IMG/VR virus record: IMGVR_UViG_3300040856_003015
Span: 10,893-74,892 of that record
Direction: 5' to 3' (one strand)
Length of the DNA stretch: 64,000 nt
Source of the DNA: a virus
Position numbers and translations under genes: made by a program. Positions 26,311-35,564 of the stretch are shown here, piece after piece (position 1 is the first letter of the stretch; each line of letters starts with the position of its first letter). Below the pieces are notes generated by a model. It was not told where the DNA came from. It saw nothing but the letters and a program-made list of their open reading frames with translations, and did no database searches.

Positions 26311-26577
26311 TTAGTTGGTAAATCCTACTTTTGCTGCTTTAATTGAAGATGAAGTCCAGATAACTTCGGAAGGAAGTTTTTCCAGAAATTCCACAGAATT
26401 TGCTGGCATAGTAAAAAATACTGTTGTTGCTGCTCCAACCGTGGCATTAATTGCAACTGTAGTAACACCTTCAGTATTATTATGAAGTCTTACGCAACTT
26501 GCACTACCAATGCTTGTAGCAGCACCAGCACTTGCACCAGTTGAAACTTCAGATTCAATTATTTTAGTTCTTTGCAT
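26311..26577 (-). CDS. Small virion-associated hypothetical protein
   Basis: Beta-rich, in the head cluster; late promoter TATAAATA at 26602-26609. Confidence 0.7.
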   Translation of the reverse strand: MQRTKIIESEVSTGASAGAATSIGSASCVRLHNNTEGVTTVAINATVGAATTVFFTMPANSVEFLEKLPSEVIWTSSSIKAAKVGFTN

Positions 26578-26618
26578 TGGTATAATAAAGACTTTATTAG
26601 TTATTTATAAATTACAAA

Positions 26619-28076
26619 TTACCTACTAATTTCTTCCCAGTCCAGTGAAGCAAAAACATTAGCACCAGAAGTATCAGTGGCACAAACAAGTGTTAATTCA
26701 TAAGGAGTTCCAGTTAATCCATTTCTTTCTAACTGGAACTTAAAGAGTGCTTCTTTGAGAATATCTACTGATGCTTGTGATTGATTATTTGATGCGAAAA
26801 ATCCAGATGCTAATATTCTTCCACCACTCACAGTTCCACCATCAATCTTATATTCAACTGCACTATCAACCCCAGCACTTACCCAAGTTCCACCTGATGT
26901 AGTTGTAGATGCTCTCACCTGCCAATTATATAATGGTCCATTTCCCGTTCCCATAATTGATAATGCAGTCAAAATAACAATTGCATCTAATCTATTTGGA
27001 GAAGATTTGAGACGAATTGAAAGTACTGGATAATAAGTTCCTGCTGGTGAAGGTAACTCTACTGGTGCCGTAATTGGTGTTTGTACTGCCTGTTGTAATC
27101 CACGAAGTTCATAACCACCTTCTGAAATCACAGAAGAACAAACCTGTTTGAGTGTGCTTGAACTTGTAGTAATTCCAGTATTACTAATCTCATATCTCAA
27201 AGGTAATGATGCTGTTGTAATATAAGTTGATTGAATAATATTTGCGTGATGGAATGAATGGCAATGAACAAATTGACCGTTAATCACAAAACCAATTCTT
27301 ACAGTTCCAAGTCCCAACCACTCAATATCCATCCAAAGTATTTGTGCTTTATCTTTGGATAGTGTAATACCAGATGGACCAGTTCCATCTAACTTATCAA
27401 TATTCCAAGATGATTGTGATACTCTTGTTTCTATTCCAGTTGATAAACTTCTTTCTACGAAATATGCAGTAGTTCCATCAATCTCAAAATACATTCCATT
27501 GTCTGCACCAAAATATCCAATTCTTTGCCTTAGATTTGCTTTTGGTGTTGCAGGAACAAAAGTATTCAATACTAATAATGACTTTCCTGGTTGATATGAA
27601 AATACTTTTGTGGTTTCTCTAATTGCAGAACACCCAGCAGTTGTTCCAATACCAATATTAACTAATCCTTGAGTGGTTGCAAATTCAACTGTAGAACCTG
27701 TTCCTACTAACAAACTATCCCAAAGATTATTATCTCTATATCTGTGAGAACTATCAAAAAGTGTGAGAGGATTTGATACTCTTGTTCTTCCAAAAGCATC
27801 TGTAGTTCCTGTTGGTGGACTAGTTGCGACTGTTCCAGTTATCGGAATTGGATTTCCAGTATCATTTTTAATTTCAACTTCTGGGATTGTTCCAATATTG
27901 ACAGTTCCACTGATGGATACTGTATTTCCTATAGAAACTGTAGTATTTCCAATAGATACTGGAAAACGATTTGTTTCTGTTACTTGCTCACCATCACTAG
28001 TTGCAACATTAAAAACCTCAAAGAGACTTCTTTCTTGATTTAGAAAGTCCTGTGTATTTTTATTCCACTGTGCCAT
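26619..28076 (-). CDS. Putative virion structural or decoration protein
   Basis: 485 aa, Thr/Ser/Gly-rich; VSIGNT repeats, DAFGRTRVSNP; in the head cluster. Confidence 0.65.
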   Translation of the reverse strand: MAQWNKNTQDFLNQERSLFEVFNVATSDGEQVTETNRFPVSIGNTTVSIGNTVSISGTVNIGTIPEVEIKNDTGNPIPITGTVATSPPTGTTDAFGRTRVSNPLTLFDSSHRYRDNNLWDSLLVGTGSTVEFATTQGLVNIGIGTTAGCSAIRETTKVFSYQPGKSLLVLNTFVPATPKANLRQRIGYFGADNGMYFEIDGTTAYFVERSLSTGIETRVSQSSWNIDKLDGTGPSGITLSKDKAQILWMDIEWLGLGTVRIGFVINGQFVHCHSFHHANIIQSTYITTASLPLRYEISNTGITTSSSTLKQVCSSVISEGGYELRGLQQAVQTPITAPVELPSPAGTYYPVLSIRLKSSPNRLDAIVILTALSIMGTGNGPLYNWQVRASTTTSGGTWVSAGVDSAVEYKIDGGTVSGGRILASGFFASNNQSQASVDILKEALFKFQLERNGLTGTPYELTLVCATDTSGANVFASLDWEEISR

Positions 28077-28079
28077 AAA

Positions 28080-28409
28080 TTAAATCCATTCTAGTTTTGA
28101 AGGATGATATCTTTTAATATCTTTTATATTTACTTGATTGTTTTTTTCTTGAATTGGGTATATATTGTGAACTATGGAACCTGGATAATCACTTTGAAGC
28201 ATTTCTCCCAATTCTCTACGAGACGGTAGTGTATAACTGTCCAATTGAAGTTCAATTCGATAAATCTGCCCTTCCCAAAGAAAGTCCGCAAAAAAACTTT
28301 TAGTTTCTTTTACATCTTCTGGGAAATCGCTTTTTACAATAATTGTCCCAACTGACGCATTGCCAGAAATATTTACAGATTCTGATAAAAAGTTTTTAAA
28401 AGTTTTCAT
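28080..28409 (-). CDS. Probable internal head protein with a capsid-targeting sequence
   Basis: N-terminus MKTFKNFLSE resembles the T4 CTS MKTYQEFIAE. Confidence 0.65.
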   Translation of the reverse strand: MKTFKNFLSESVNISGNASVGTIIVKSDFPEDVKETKSFFADFLWEGQIYRIELQLDSYTLPSRRELGEMLQSDYPGSIVHNIYPIQEKNNQVNIKDIKRYHPSKLEWI

Positions 28410-28426
28410 TGCGGATTTTCCTTTGA

Positions 28427-28582
28427 TTAGTCTTCGGTTTCCATATTGAAAACTGAGTTATAAACATGTGGTCTATAATTATTGATTTTTTCTGCAGATT
28501 TTGCGTATAAAATTTCTTTTATTTTATCGCTTACTTGTAGAGGCGATCTATCAGATGCCATTAAATCCATTAGTTCTTCCAT
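28427..28582 (-). CDS. Small prohead core protein (gp67-like position), 51 aa, not in the ORF track
   Basis: MEELMDLMASDRSPLQVSDKIKEILYAKSAEKINNYRPHVYNSVF; late promoter at 28606-28613. Confidence 0.72.
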   Translation of the reverse strand: MEELMDLMASDRSPLQVSDKIKEILYAKSAEKINNYRPHVYNSVFNMETED

Positions 28583-28616
28583 AAAATTAAATTAAATTCT
28601 TTATTTATTTATAAAT

Positions 28617-30242
28617 TTATTTTAGTGGTTTATCTTCATAATCAATTGGAACTTTTCCAGAATCACCTTCAATATTATTACCTTGATCTAAAGGTAATCC
28701 AGTTGCAGGATCTATTGGAGCATTAGGATCTGTTATAACTCCATCTTCGATTTCCTTTTCAATAATTATATCTTGATCTATTATTTCTTGATCGGTTTGG
28801 CGTAATATTTTATTTCTAACATAGTTTTGTGAAAAATATTTTCCAATATAAGGTTCCGCAGTTGCTGCTAAATTCAGTCTTTCAGTCATTAATTCTGCAT
28901 CTTTTAATTCTGAAAAATGATTATCATATAAGAAATCGTATTGTATGTGTTCAGAAATGATCTCCCAATCTTCTAAAGTAATAATATTTTTTAAAATTAA
29001 TTGAGTTTTTAATAAATCATTAAATAAATTTGCAAATCTTTTTCTTAATCTACCAACAAATTTTGTAAATTTGAGTTCATCTCTTAGAATTTCAGAAGAT
29101 CTACCTAAATTAAATCCACCTTCACCATCCATTCTTGATGGTGGTACATTTAATGAGCGATATAATTTTTTTCTAAAATACTCAATATCAGTAATTTCTC
29201 CAAGATTTTGTCCCCCAGGAAGTGTAGTAATTTCAGTACCTCTACCACCCTCTCTTCTAGGTAACCAATAATCTTCGAGCATGGACATAAATTTTTTGTC
29301 ATCTCGAATTTCGCCTGTTGTTGCATCATACACTAATTTGTTACGATACCTCGTCATAACATCTCTAAGATATTGTTCCGCTTTAGTCTTAGGTAAATTT
29401 CCTACATCAATATAAAAAATTCTCCTCTCTGGTGCGCGAGATAATCTGTAAATAACTAGACTATCCTCAATCATACGTAATTGATTGAGAGATTTAATTG
29501 CTTTATTTAAATATGATAAAACTATATTTTTATTTCTATCAATAAGTCCAGAATTGCAATATGCAATAGAGTCTTTTGCCATTTTAATTCCAGCAGACAT
29601 ATCTGTATTATTCAATCCAGTACCAGAAGTAAATGATTTTGGATTGTAGATAAAATATTCTTCTATATCTGGAAAAGTTTTATTTATATCTTCTTTTCTA
29701 CTAGTTATTATATTATCTTTTTTTTCTTTTTTTTGATGCCTTACATATTTTATCTTTAAAGAATCTATATATCTTAATTCTTGTATCCCTAAGTGAGGAT
29801 TTTTCATATCAATCATTTTATGGTAGTATAATCTACCATCAATGTACCAATTTCTGCATATTTCATGGCATTTTTTATCAAAATCTAATAAACGAAGTAT
29901 ATTTTTAAATTCTTCTCTTATTTTAGATTTTATACCATCACTAGCATTTAAATTTGATAATTCTATTTCAACTGGACTATCATTAGAATCTGATACTATC
30001 GCTTCATTTATAATATCTTCTATTGCACTATCAACTTCTGGATGTAGAGACATTTCTCTATATCTCTTTATTAAATCAAATTCAGTTTTATAGACTCCTT
30101 CTATATCTACGTATGATCCAAAAAAACCACTAGTAAGATAATGATCAACCCCGTCCTCATTATTTTGAGGAACAGGGGAGACAACGTTTTTGGATTTTTG
30201 TGTGGAAGAATCGTCAATAGAAAAACCAAATAATTTAGCCAT
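28617..30242 (-). CDS. gp20: Portal protein
   Basis: LFGFSI, RAPERRIFYIDVGNLP, EDYWLPRREGGRGTEI. Confidence 0.98.
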   Translation of the reverse strand: MAKLFGFSIDDSSTQKSKNVVSPVPQNNEDGVDHYLTSGFFGSYVDIEGVYKTEFDLIKRYREMSLHPEVDSAIEDIINEAIVSDSNDSPVEIELSNLNASDGIKSKIREEFKNILRLLDFDKKCHEICRNWYIDGRLYYHKMIDMKNPHLGIQELRYIDSLKIKYVRHQKKEKKDNIITSRKEDINKTFPDIEEYFIYNPKSFTSGTGLNNTDMSAGIKMAKDSIAYCNSGLIDRNKNIVLSYLNKAIKSLNQLRMIEDSLVIYRLSRAPERRIFYIDVGNLPKTKAEQYLRDVMTRYRNKLVYDATTGEIRDDKKFMSMLEDYWLPRREGGRGTEITTLPGGQNLGEITDIEYFRKKLYRSLNVPPSRMDGEGGFNLGRSSEILRDELKFTKFVGRLRKRFANLFNDLLKTQLILKNIITLEDWEIISEHIQYDFLYDNHFSELKDAELMTERLNLAATAEPYIGKYFSQNYVRNKILRQTDQEIIDQDIIIEKEIEDGVITDPNAPIDPATGLPLDQGNNIEGDSGKVPIDYEDKPLK

Positions 30243-30274
30243 GAATATATTTCCTATTTAATTATTACTATTTA

Positions 30275-30922
30275 TTATCTAATAATAGAACCTGTTTGAT
30301 CTTTATCGTCATTGTCACCACCTGCTTCCCAATATTGAACTTGGAATTCAACCGTATATTCTTCTATATTATCTCCAGTATCGTATGAAAGATCAATCTG
30401 AGATACGTTAGTTGGGAAAATGTCAAAGAATTTGTAAGTTCTTAATGGTTTAATACCATCTTCAGAACCATCGACTCCGTTGTTAGAGTTACTTTCAATA
30501 CCTTTTCCAGCACCTCTACCCAATTGATAAACATAAGCATTCTTCATATATGAAGATGGATTTGTCGCACCTGAAGAATTATCTAACTTATTAATCCCAT
30601 TCATCCACTGTTCAAATGCTGTTCTCAACAAAAAGTTTTCATCATTTATAATGGTTACAGTCCATGTGTCAAATGTTCTATCTCCAGCAACTTTTAAAAT
30701 CCTCCCTCTAAAAGGAACATCAATTGGTGCTATATTTGAAGCAGGAAGTGCTGCTGCCTTGCACAAAAATCTGAAGTTTAATTGTGCTTCAGAATCCCAT
30801 GTAGCACCTGCTGTAGTAGCTGCTTCTGGAAAATCTGGAATGTTTACTTCAAATAAATTAGGTCTTGCACCCCCTCCAGATAGATTTGATTTAAAATCTG
30901 AAATTGTTCTGAGAGTTGCCAT
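30275..30922 (-). CDS. gp19: Tail tube protein
   Basis: GGARPNLFEV, AGDRTFDTWTVT, FPTNVS. Confidence 0.96.
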   Translation of the reverse strand: MATLRTISDFKSNLSGGGARPNLFEVNIPDFPEAATTAGATWDSEAQLNFRFLCKAAALPASNIAPIDVPFRGRILKVAGDRTFDTWTVTIINDENFLLRTAFEQWMNGINKLDNSSGATNPSSYMKNAYVYQLGRGAGKGIESNSNNGVDGSEDGIKPLRTYKFFDIFPTNVSQIDLSYDTGDNIEEYTVEFQVQYWEAGGDNDDKDQTGSIIR

Positions 30923-30958
30923 TTTTTATTCCTCCTTTGGTTAATAGATTAAAAATAA

Positions 30959-33379
30959 TTAAACAGTACCAGCAACTTCTTCAAAACTTATGCCAGTTCT
31001 AGTTGCCACAAAAGTGAGAGTTACATAATTAATTGATTTTGTTGGTTTCAGATAAATATCTGCCCTAAATTCATTATTGTCAATTATGTCTGGAGTATTA
31101 TTAGAGGAATCACAAACGAGCAAGTAATCATATACACCTCTCTTTGATTTTACTTCTCTTAAATATGGTTCAACTATATTGATAAAGTTTGAACGAGTTA
31201 TTTCGTCATTAAGCTCAAACAGTTGTGCCTTTGCAGCAGATTCTATTGCCTGCTCTACAGTTAAGAAAAGTCTTCTTACATTTATTCTGTCAAATGCTGA
31301 AGGATAACTTAAACCAGTTTTATCACCAAATAATAATGTGCCAACTCCACTTTGAGTAATTATTGGGTTAATTCTCTGACTGTAGAGCCTATCTCTTTGC
31401 ACTTTAGAAGGATTGTACGCAAGTTTTACTGCATTATTGATTATTCCTCTTTGTTGACCAGCAGGTGAGAACCATGGATAGAAATTAATTCCTGTTCTGA
31501 CCATTAATCCAGCAACATCTGGATTGCATGGTACATAAGTAAATTGAGAATTGAATCTATCATAAGTATACTTGTATCCAGAATCAAAAACTGCATAAGA
31601 AGAACTTGGTAATGAAGAGTAGAATGATATTATATTGTTAGTTTGTGTTTCAGATGAAGTTATATTGATAACATCATTTGAAAATGGTGATATTGTAGCA
31701 ATACAATCTTTTCTACTTTCTGCTATACTTATGAGATATTTTGCTTTTGCTTGAGTTTCAACTTTAGTATTTAAACTTGGACCCATGATCAAGTGGTCTA
31801 AAGAAATTTCATCTTTATTTTCAAATTTTCTATATCCTGAAATTATGGAATCCAAACCTGCGGCATATCCACCGGATTGGTTATAGTTTTCTCCACCTTT
31901 AAGTTTAAAGTTTACAGAACCAATACAAGTGAAAGATTTATTTTGAGCATCTTGATTCCAGTCATCTGATATTGGAATAAATCCTGTAGAATTTATTGCA
32001 GATGGAGTTATATTCCAGAATAAATCTGGTTGTCTTGATAAATCTCTTCCCCCATATACTAATGTAGAATATCTTGATAGATATTCTTTCCACCATATTT
32101 TTAGTGGGGCATTTTGTGTAGACTCTGCATCAGAAGCTTTTGATAAGAATAAATGCTTTTCTAAAAGGTTTGATTTTATTCCACTAATCTTCCCACTATT
32201 ATCAAACACTGCTATATGCATTGAGTCGCCAACACAACCCCTTTCTAATGCATAGTTTGTTGACACTGGCTTTGGTGCTATATTAGACCAGTATATCTCT
32301 TGATTATCTAATATAATTTTTTGATTTCTATACCAATCTTTTACAGATAGAATAGAATTTGATTCAGATTCTATAGAACCATTGATAGCAACTACATCAA
32401 AGTTTTCTGATGTAAATGAAGTAAGATCATCTAATTCCTTATAAGTAACTTTTGTTTCTACTCCACCAGAGTAAGATTTTGTTTTTATTTGTATGGAGTC
32501 TCCTGAGTTTATAGTTGATGCCGGACCTACATTAATATCTATATAATCCGATCCAATTCCAGTTATGGGTATATCTATTAAATTAGCAGAAGGTATTGAA
32601 ATTATATTTAAAGATGTACTTAGACCAACTGGAACTGAATCCACATAAACTCTAGTACTAGATATTCCAACATCTAGAGTGATTATTTGAGTATTGGTCA
32701 AATTATATGATGTAGTATATCCAACTACAGTAGAGAGTATTTTAACTCCAACTTCTGTTTGTGTACCATTTGTAGTAATTCCCGTAACTATAGATTTCAA
32801 ATGACCATTAAAAAATAATTGCTCCCCGGAATCAGAAGCATATGATGTTGATCTTTTGGAAATAATATGATTTCCAATCTCTATACCAAGAGTTGAAACT
32901 GATCCTGAAGAAATTGTTAATATCTGATCAGATTTATCATCAATGATAGAAACTACCATATCATTAGCCCATCTCCCAGGAGTTTGTGAAGCAAAACAAA
33001 ATCCTGGTTCTGAGTCTTGATATGTATCTACATAATTTTCATAATTTTTTATTTTTAAATTAGTTGTATTCGCATATCCTACAGCAGCGTTAGCATTCTT
33101 TAAATCTGGATCATCTACTCTAACAACCTTTATAATTCCACTGTATGATAAAAATGAGGATGCTGATAACCAATATTTATTCTGACTATCTGTTGATATT
33201 GGTTTACCAAAAGTCTTTAGTAAATCATTTTCGTTTGTCACTTCAATAACTTGGTCTACTGGACCCAGTTCAAATGGTCCCGCAATAGCTCCAACATTAT
33301 CTAAAACATTATCAACTCTACCTACAGTTAAGTCAACTTCTCTGACGAGTACGCCTGGAGATAATTGAGGAGTTGCCAT
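30959..33379 (-). CDS. gp18: Tail sheath protein
   Basis: SPGVLVREVD, PWFSPAG, FDRINVRRLF. Confidence 0.96.
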   Translation of the reverse strand: MATPQLSPGVLVREVDLTVGRVDNVLDNVGAIAGPFELGPVDQVIEVTNENDLLKTFGKPISTDSQNKYWLSASSFLSYSGIIKVVRVDDPDLKNANAAVGYANTTNLKIKNYENYVDTYQDSEPGFCFASQTPGRWANDMVVSIIDDKSDQILTISSGSVSTLGIEIGNHIISKRSTSYASDSGEQLFFNGHLKSIVTGITTNGTQTEVGVKILSTVVGYTTSYNLTNTQIITLDVGISSTRVYVDSVPVGLSTSLNIISIPSANLIDIPITGIGSDYIDINVGPASTINSGDSIQIKTKSYSGGVETKVTYKELDDLTSFTSENFDVVAINGSIESESNSILSVKDWYRNQKIILDNQEIYWSNIAPKPVSTNYALERGCVGDSMHIAVFDNSGKISGIKSNLLEKHLFLSKASDAESTQNAPLKIWWKEYLSRYSTLVYGGRDLSRQPDLFWNITPSAINSTGFIPISDDWNQDAQNKSFTCIGSVNFKLKGGENYNQSGGYAAGLDSIISGYRKFENKDEISLDHLIMGPSLNTKVETQAKAKYLISIAESRKDCIATISPFSNDVINITSSETQTNNIISFYSSLPSSSYAVFDSGYKYTYDRFNSQFTYVPCNPDVAGLMVRTGINFYPWFSPAGQQRGIINNAVKLAYNPSKVQRDRLYSQRINPIITQSGVGTLLFGDKTGLSYPSAFDRINVRRLFLTVEQAIESAAKAQLFELNDEITRSNFINIVEPYLREVKSKRGVYDYLLVCDSSNNTPDIIDNNEFRADIYLKPTKSINYVTLTFVATRTGISFEEVAGTV

Positions 33380-33437
33380 TTCTTTCTCCGTAATAAGTCT
33401 CAGTTTAATCTAAGAAATATTTATGAAAAATCATATT

Positions 33438-35090
33438 TTAATTAATATAGTCCCACATATATGACATATCACCATATTCATCAGTAAACCATCTATCACC
33501 TTCTTTATCGACAAAAGTTCCGTCCTGAGTTAATCCATCCGATATAAATCCAAAAGGAGACATATCTTGCTCTATTTGATTTTTTTGCTCTTGATAAAGT
33601 CTTTTTCTTATATCCTGATCCGTAAGTTCTTTGAAATAATCTTCATTGATCATCCAAGAGTACATAACTAAACACATTACCAAATCATCATTTCTACCTT
33701 CTTCAGCCTCGAAAGAATTTCCTTTTTGTATAAAAGTTGTTAATTCGTTTATAATATCAAAATCTTCAAATACTAATTTACTTTCTTCAATTAGAGTTTT
33801 TAAATTTAAACATCCGACTTTTTTTATAGTTTTGGACATTTTTACTCCCAACTGAACTTTTTTTCCAGAAAATCCTTGGCCCAAAACTTGTCCAGCTCTT
33901 CCTCTCATGGAAGTCATGAGTAAATTTGAATACTCTAATTCATAAAATAATCCCGCAGCAACCTGATCACCAACATCATTAACCTCACATAAAACATGTG
34001 CTTTATTATATGATAAAGCAACATTTCTTATAATTTGTGGGAAAAATAGTGGTCTTATTTGATTATTTCTATACTTTGCAACAACTTTATGTGGAAATTG
34101 TGATACATCAAAAACAACAAATGCGGAGAAATCTTTTTCTACTCCTCTAGCAACATCGACAGTTACTGCATATGTATGATCATCTACAGGATCTTCATAC
34201 ACATCTAACCCAGCATTTGATGTTATTGGATTACTAAAGACTAATGAATTCAATTTTGGACCAGAAATCAGTGTATCTGCAGATCCTAAAAACTGGCACT
34301 CAAATTCTTGTCTCCATTGTGCTTCAGATGTGTTTGCAATAGTAGTCTTTTTGAAGTTTTCATCTCTACCAGGAACATCTGTCCAATGGACCTCTAATGG
34401 TACATATTCATTCTTCCCCTTTTGGGCATCACTCCATAGTCTATAGAAATGATTCATTCCAAATGGAGTTGAAACAACTATAACTTTAGATGAACTACCG
34501 GAAGTAATAGTTGGATATACCGAACTGAAGAAATTATCTGCTACCTGATTTGGTACGAAAGCAAATTCGTCTAGGAATATTATATTGTAAGTACCACCAC
34601 GAACTGATGATGCAGAAGTTGATGATGCAAATATTTTGGATCCATTTTCTAATTCTAGAGAACCTTTATTCCATGATAATATACCCTGTTGCAACCATCT
34701 TGGTAGATTTTCATACCCAGTTTGTAATCTAGCAAGCAAATCTCTTGCAGTATTTGCTTTGTTTGCTAGAATAGCAACATTAACATTATCATTAAATATT
34801 GCATAGTGTAGTAGATATGAAACTACTGTGGTTGATTTTCCACTCTGTCTCGGTAACTTACATATATTAAATCTATTATCATGAAAACTTCGTAACATAT
34901 TTTTTTGGAATGGGTACATAGTAAAAGGTTGTAACCCATGATCCAAAGTAACAATTTTTATGTAATTATTGGCAAAATATACTGGATCTCTGGAACAATT
35001 TATAAATTCCTCAATTTGGTTTCCACTAAATTCATGTTTTGTGTTTGCCTTTTTTAGTAACGGATTACCGAGGTAAAATTCTTCAGACAT
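33438..35090 (-). CDS. gp17: Terminase large subunit
   Basis: PRQSGKST, IFLDEFAF, STPFG, DVARG, DDLVM; no intein. Confidence 0.97.
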   Translation of the reverse strand: MSEEFYLGNPLLKKANTKHEFSGNQIEEFINCSRDPVYFANNYIKIVTLDHGLQPFTMYPFQKNMLRSFHDNRFNICKLPRQSGKSTTVVSYLLHYAIFNDNVNVAILANKANTARDLLARLQTGYENLPRWLQQGILSWNKGSLELENGSKIFASSTSASSVRGGTYNIIFLDEFAFVPNQVADNFFSSVYPTITSGSSSKVIVVSTPFGMNHFYRLWSDAQKGKNEYVPLEVHWTDVPGRDENFKKTTIANTSEAQWRQEFECQFLGSADTLISGPKLNSLVFSNPITSNAGLDVYEDPVDDHTYAVTVDVARGVEKDFSAFVVFDVSQFPHKVVAKYRNNQIRPLFFPQIIRNVALSYNKAHVLCEVNDVGDQVAAGLFYELEYSNLLMTSMRGRAGQVLGQGFSGKKVQLGVKMSKTIKKVGCLNLKTLIEESKLVFEDFDIINELTTFIQKGNSFEAEEGRNDDLVMCLVMYSWMINEDYFKELTDQDIRKRLYQEQKNQIEQDMSPFGFISDGLTQDGTFVDKEGDRWFTDEYGDMSYMWDYIN

Positions 35091-35096
35091 AATAGA

Positions 35097-35558
35097 TTAC
35101 CATTTTACTTTATTTGCCCAATAAGCTGCAGACATTTTTCCTTTTTTGATATTTTTTGCGTGTCTTGACTTAAATTTTTCACGTCTCTTGGCATATTCTT
35201 TTGACTCACCTTCTTTTTTAGGAGAACCTTTTACTCCAAGTTGACCAAACCTTATAATTTTTTCTTTACCACCCTCACATGCTTTTACTATGTGGGATTT
35301 TCCAGATTCTCCAGACCCATGTGCTTGTACTTTAGGTTGATTACATTTCATCTTATTTTTATCAACAGATTCATTTTTTACTCTTAAATCTGTATATAAT
35401 TTTCCTTTACCATCAACTGATGGTATGAATGCACCATATGGTCCAGATTTTTTGTCTTTATCGTCAATAAATCCATCAATATTCGAATCACTGCGTTTAA
35501 TAGATTTTTTTATTTTATTGAGAAGTTCCTTCTTAGATCTAGGAGGAACTTCTATTTC
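35097..35558 (-). CDS. -1 frame extension of the upstream gene: EF-hand-like loop plus DUF5754-like basic domain (includes the track ORF 35097-35351)
   Basis: Frame open from the slippery site to 35097; DSNIDGFIDDKD; IRFGQ...KRREKFKSRH...SAAYWANKVKW; no SD before ATG 35351. Confidence 0.7.
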   Translation of the reverse strand, partial: EIEVPPRSKKELLNKIKKSIKRSDSNIDGFIDDKDKKSGPYGAFIPSVDGKGKLYTDLRVKNESVDKNKMKCNQPKVQAHGSGESGKSHIVKACEGGKEKIIRFGQLGVKGSPKKEGESKEYAKRREKFKSRHAKNIKKGKMSAAYWANKVKW

Positions 35559-35564
35559 TTTTTT
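35521..35564 (-). promoter_or_regulatory. Programmed -1 ribosomal frameshift signal
   Basis: A_AAA_AAG at 35564-35558, 4-nt spacer, perfect stem AGAAGTTCCT/AGGAACTTCT. Confidence 0.78.
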
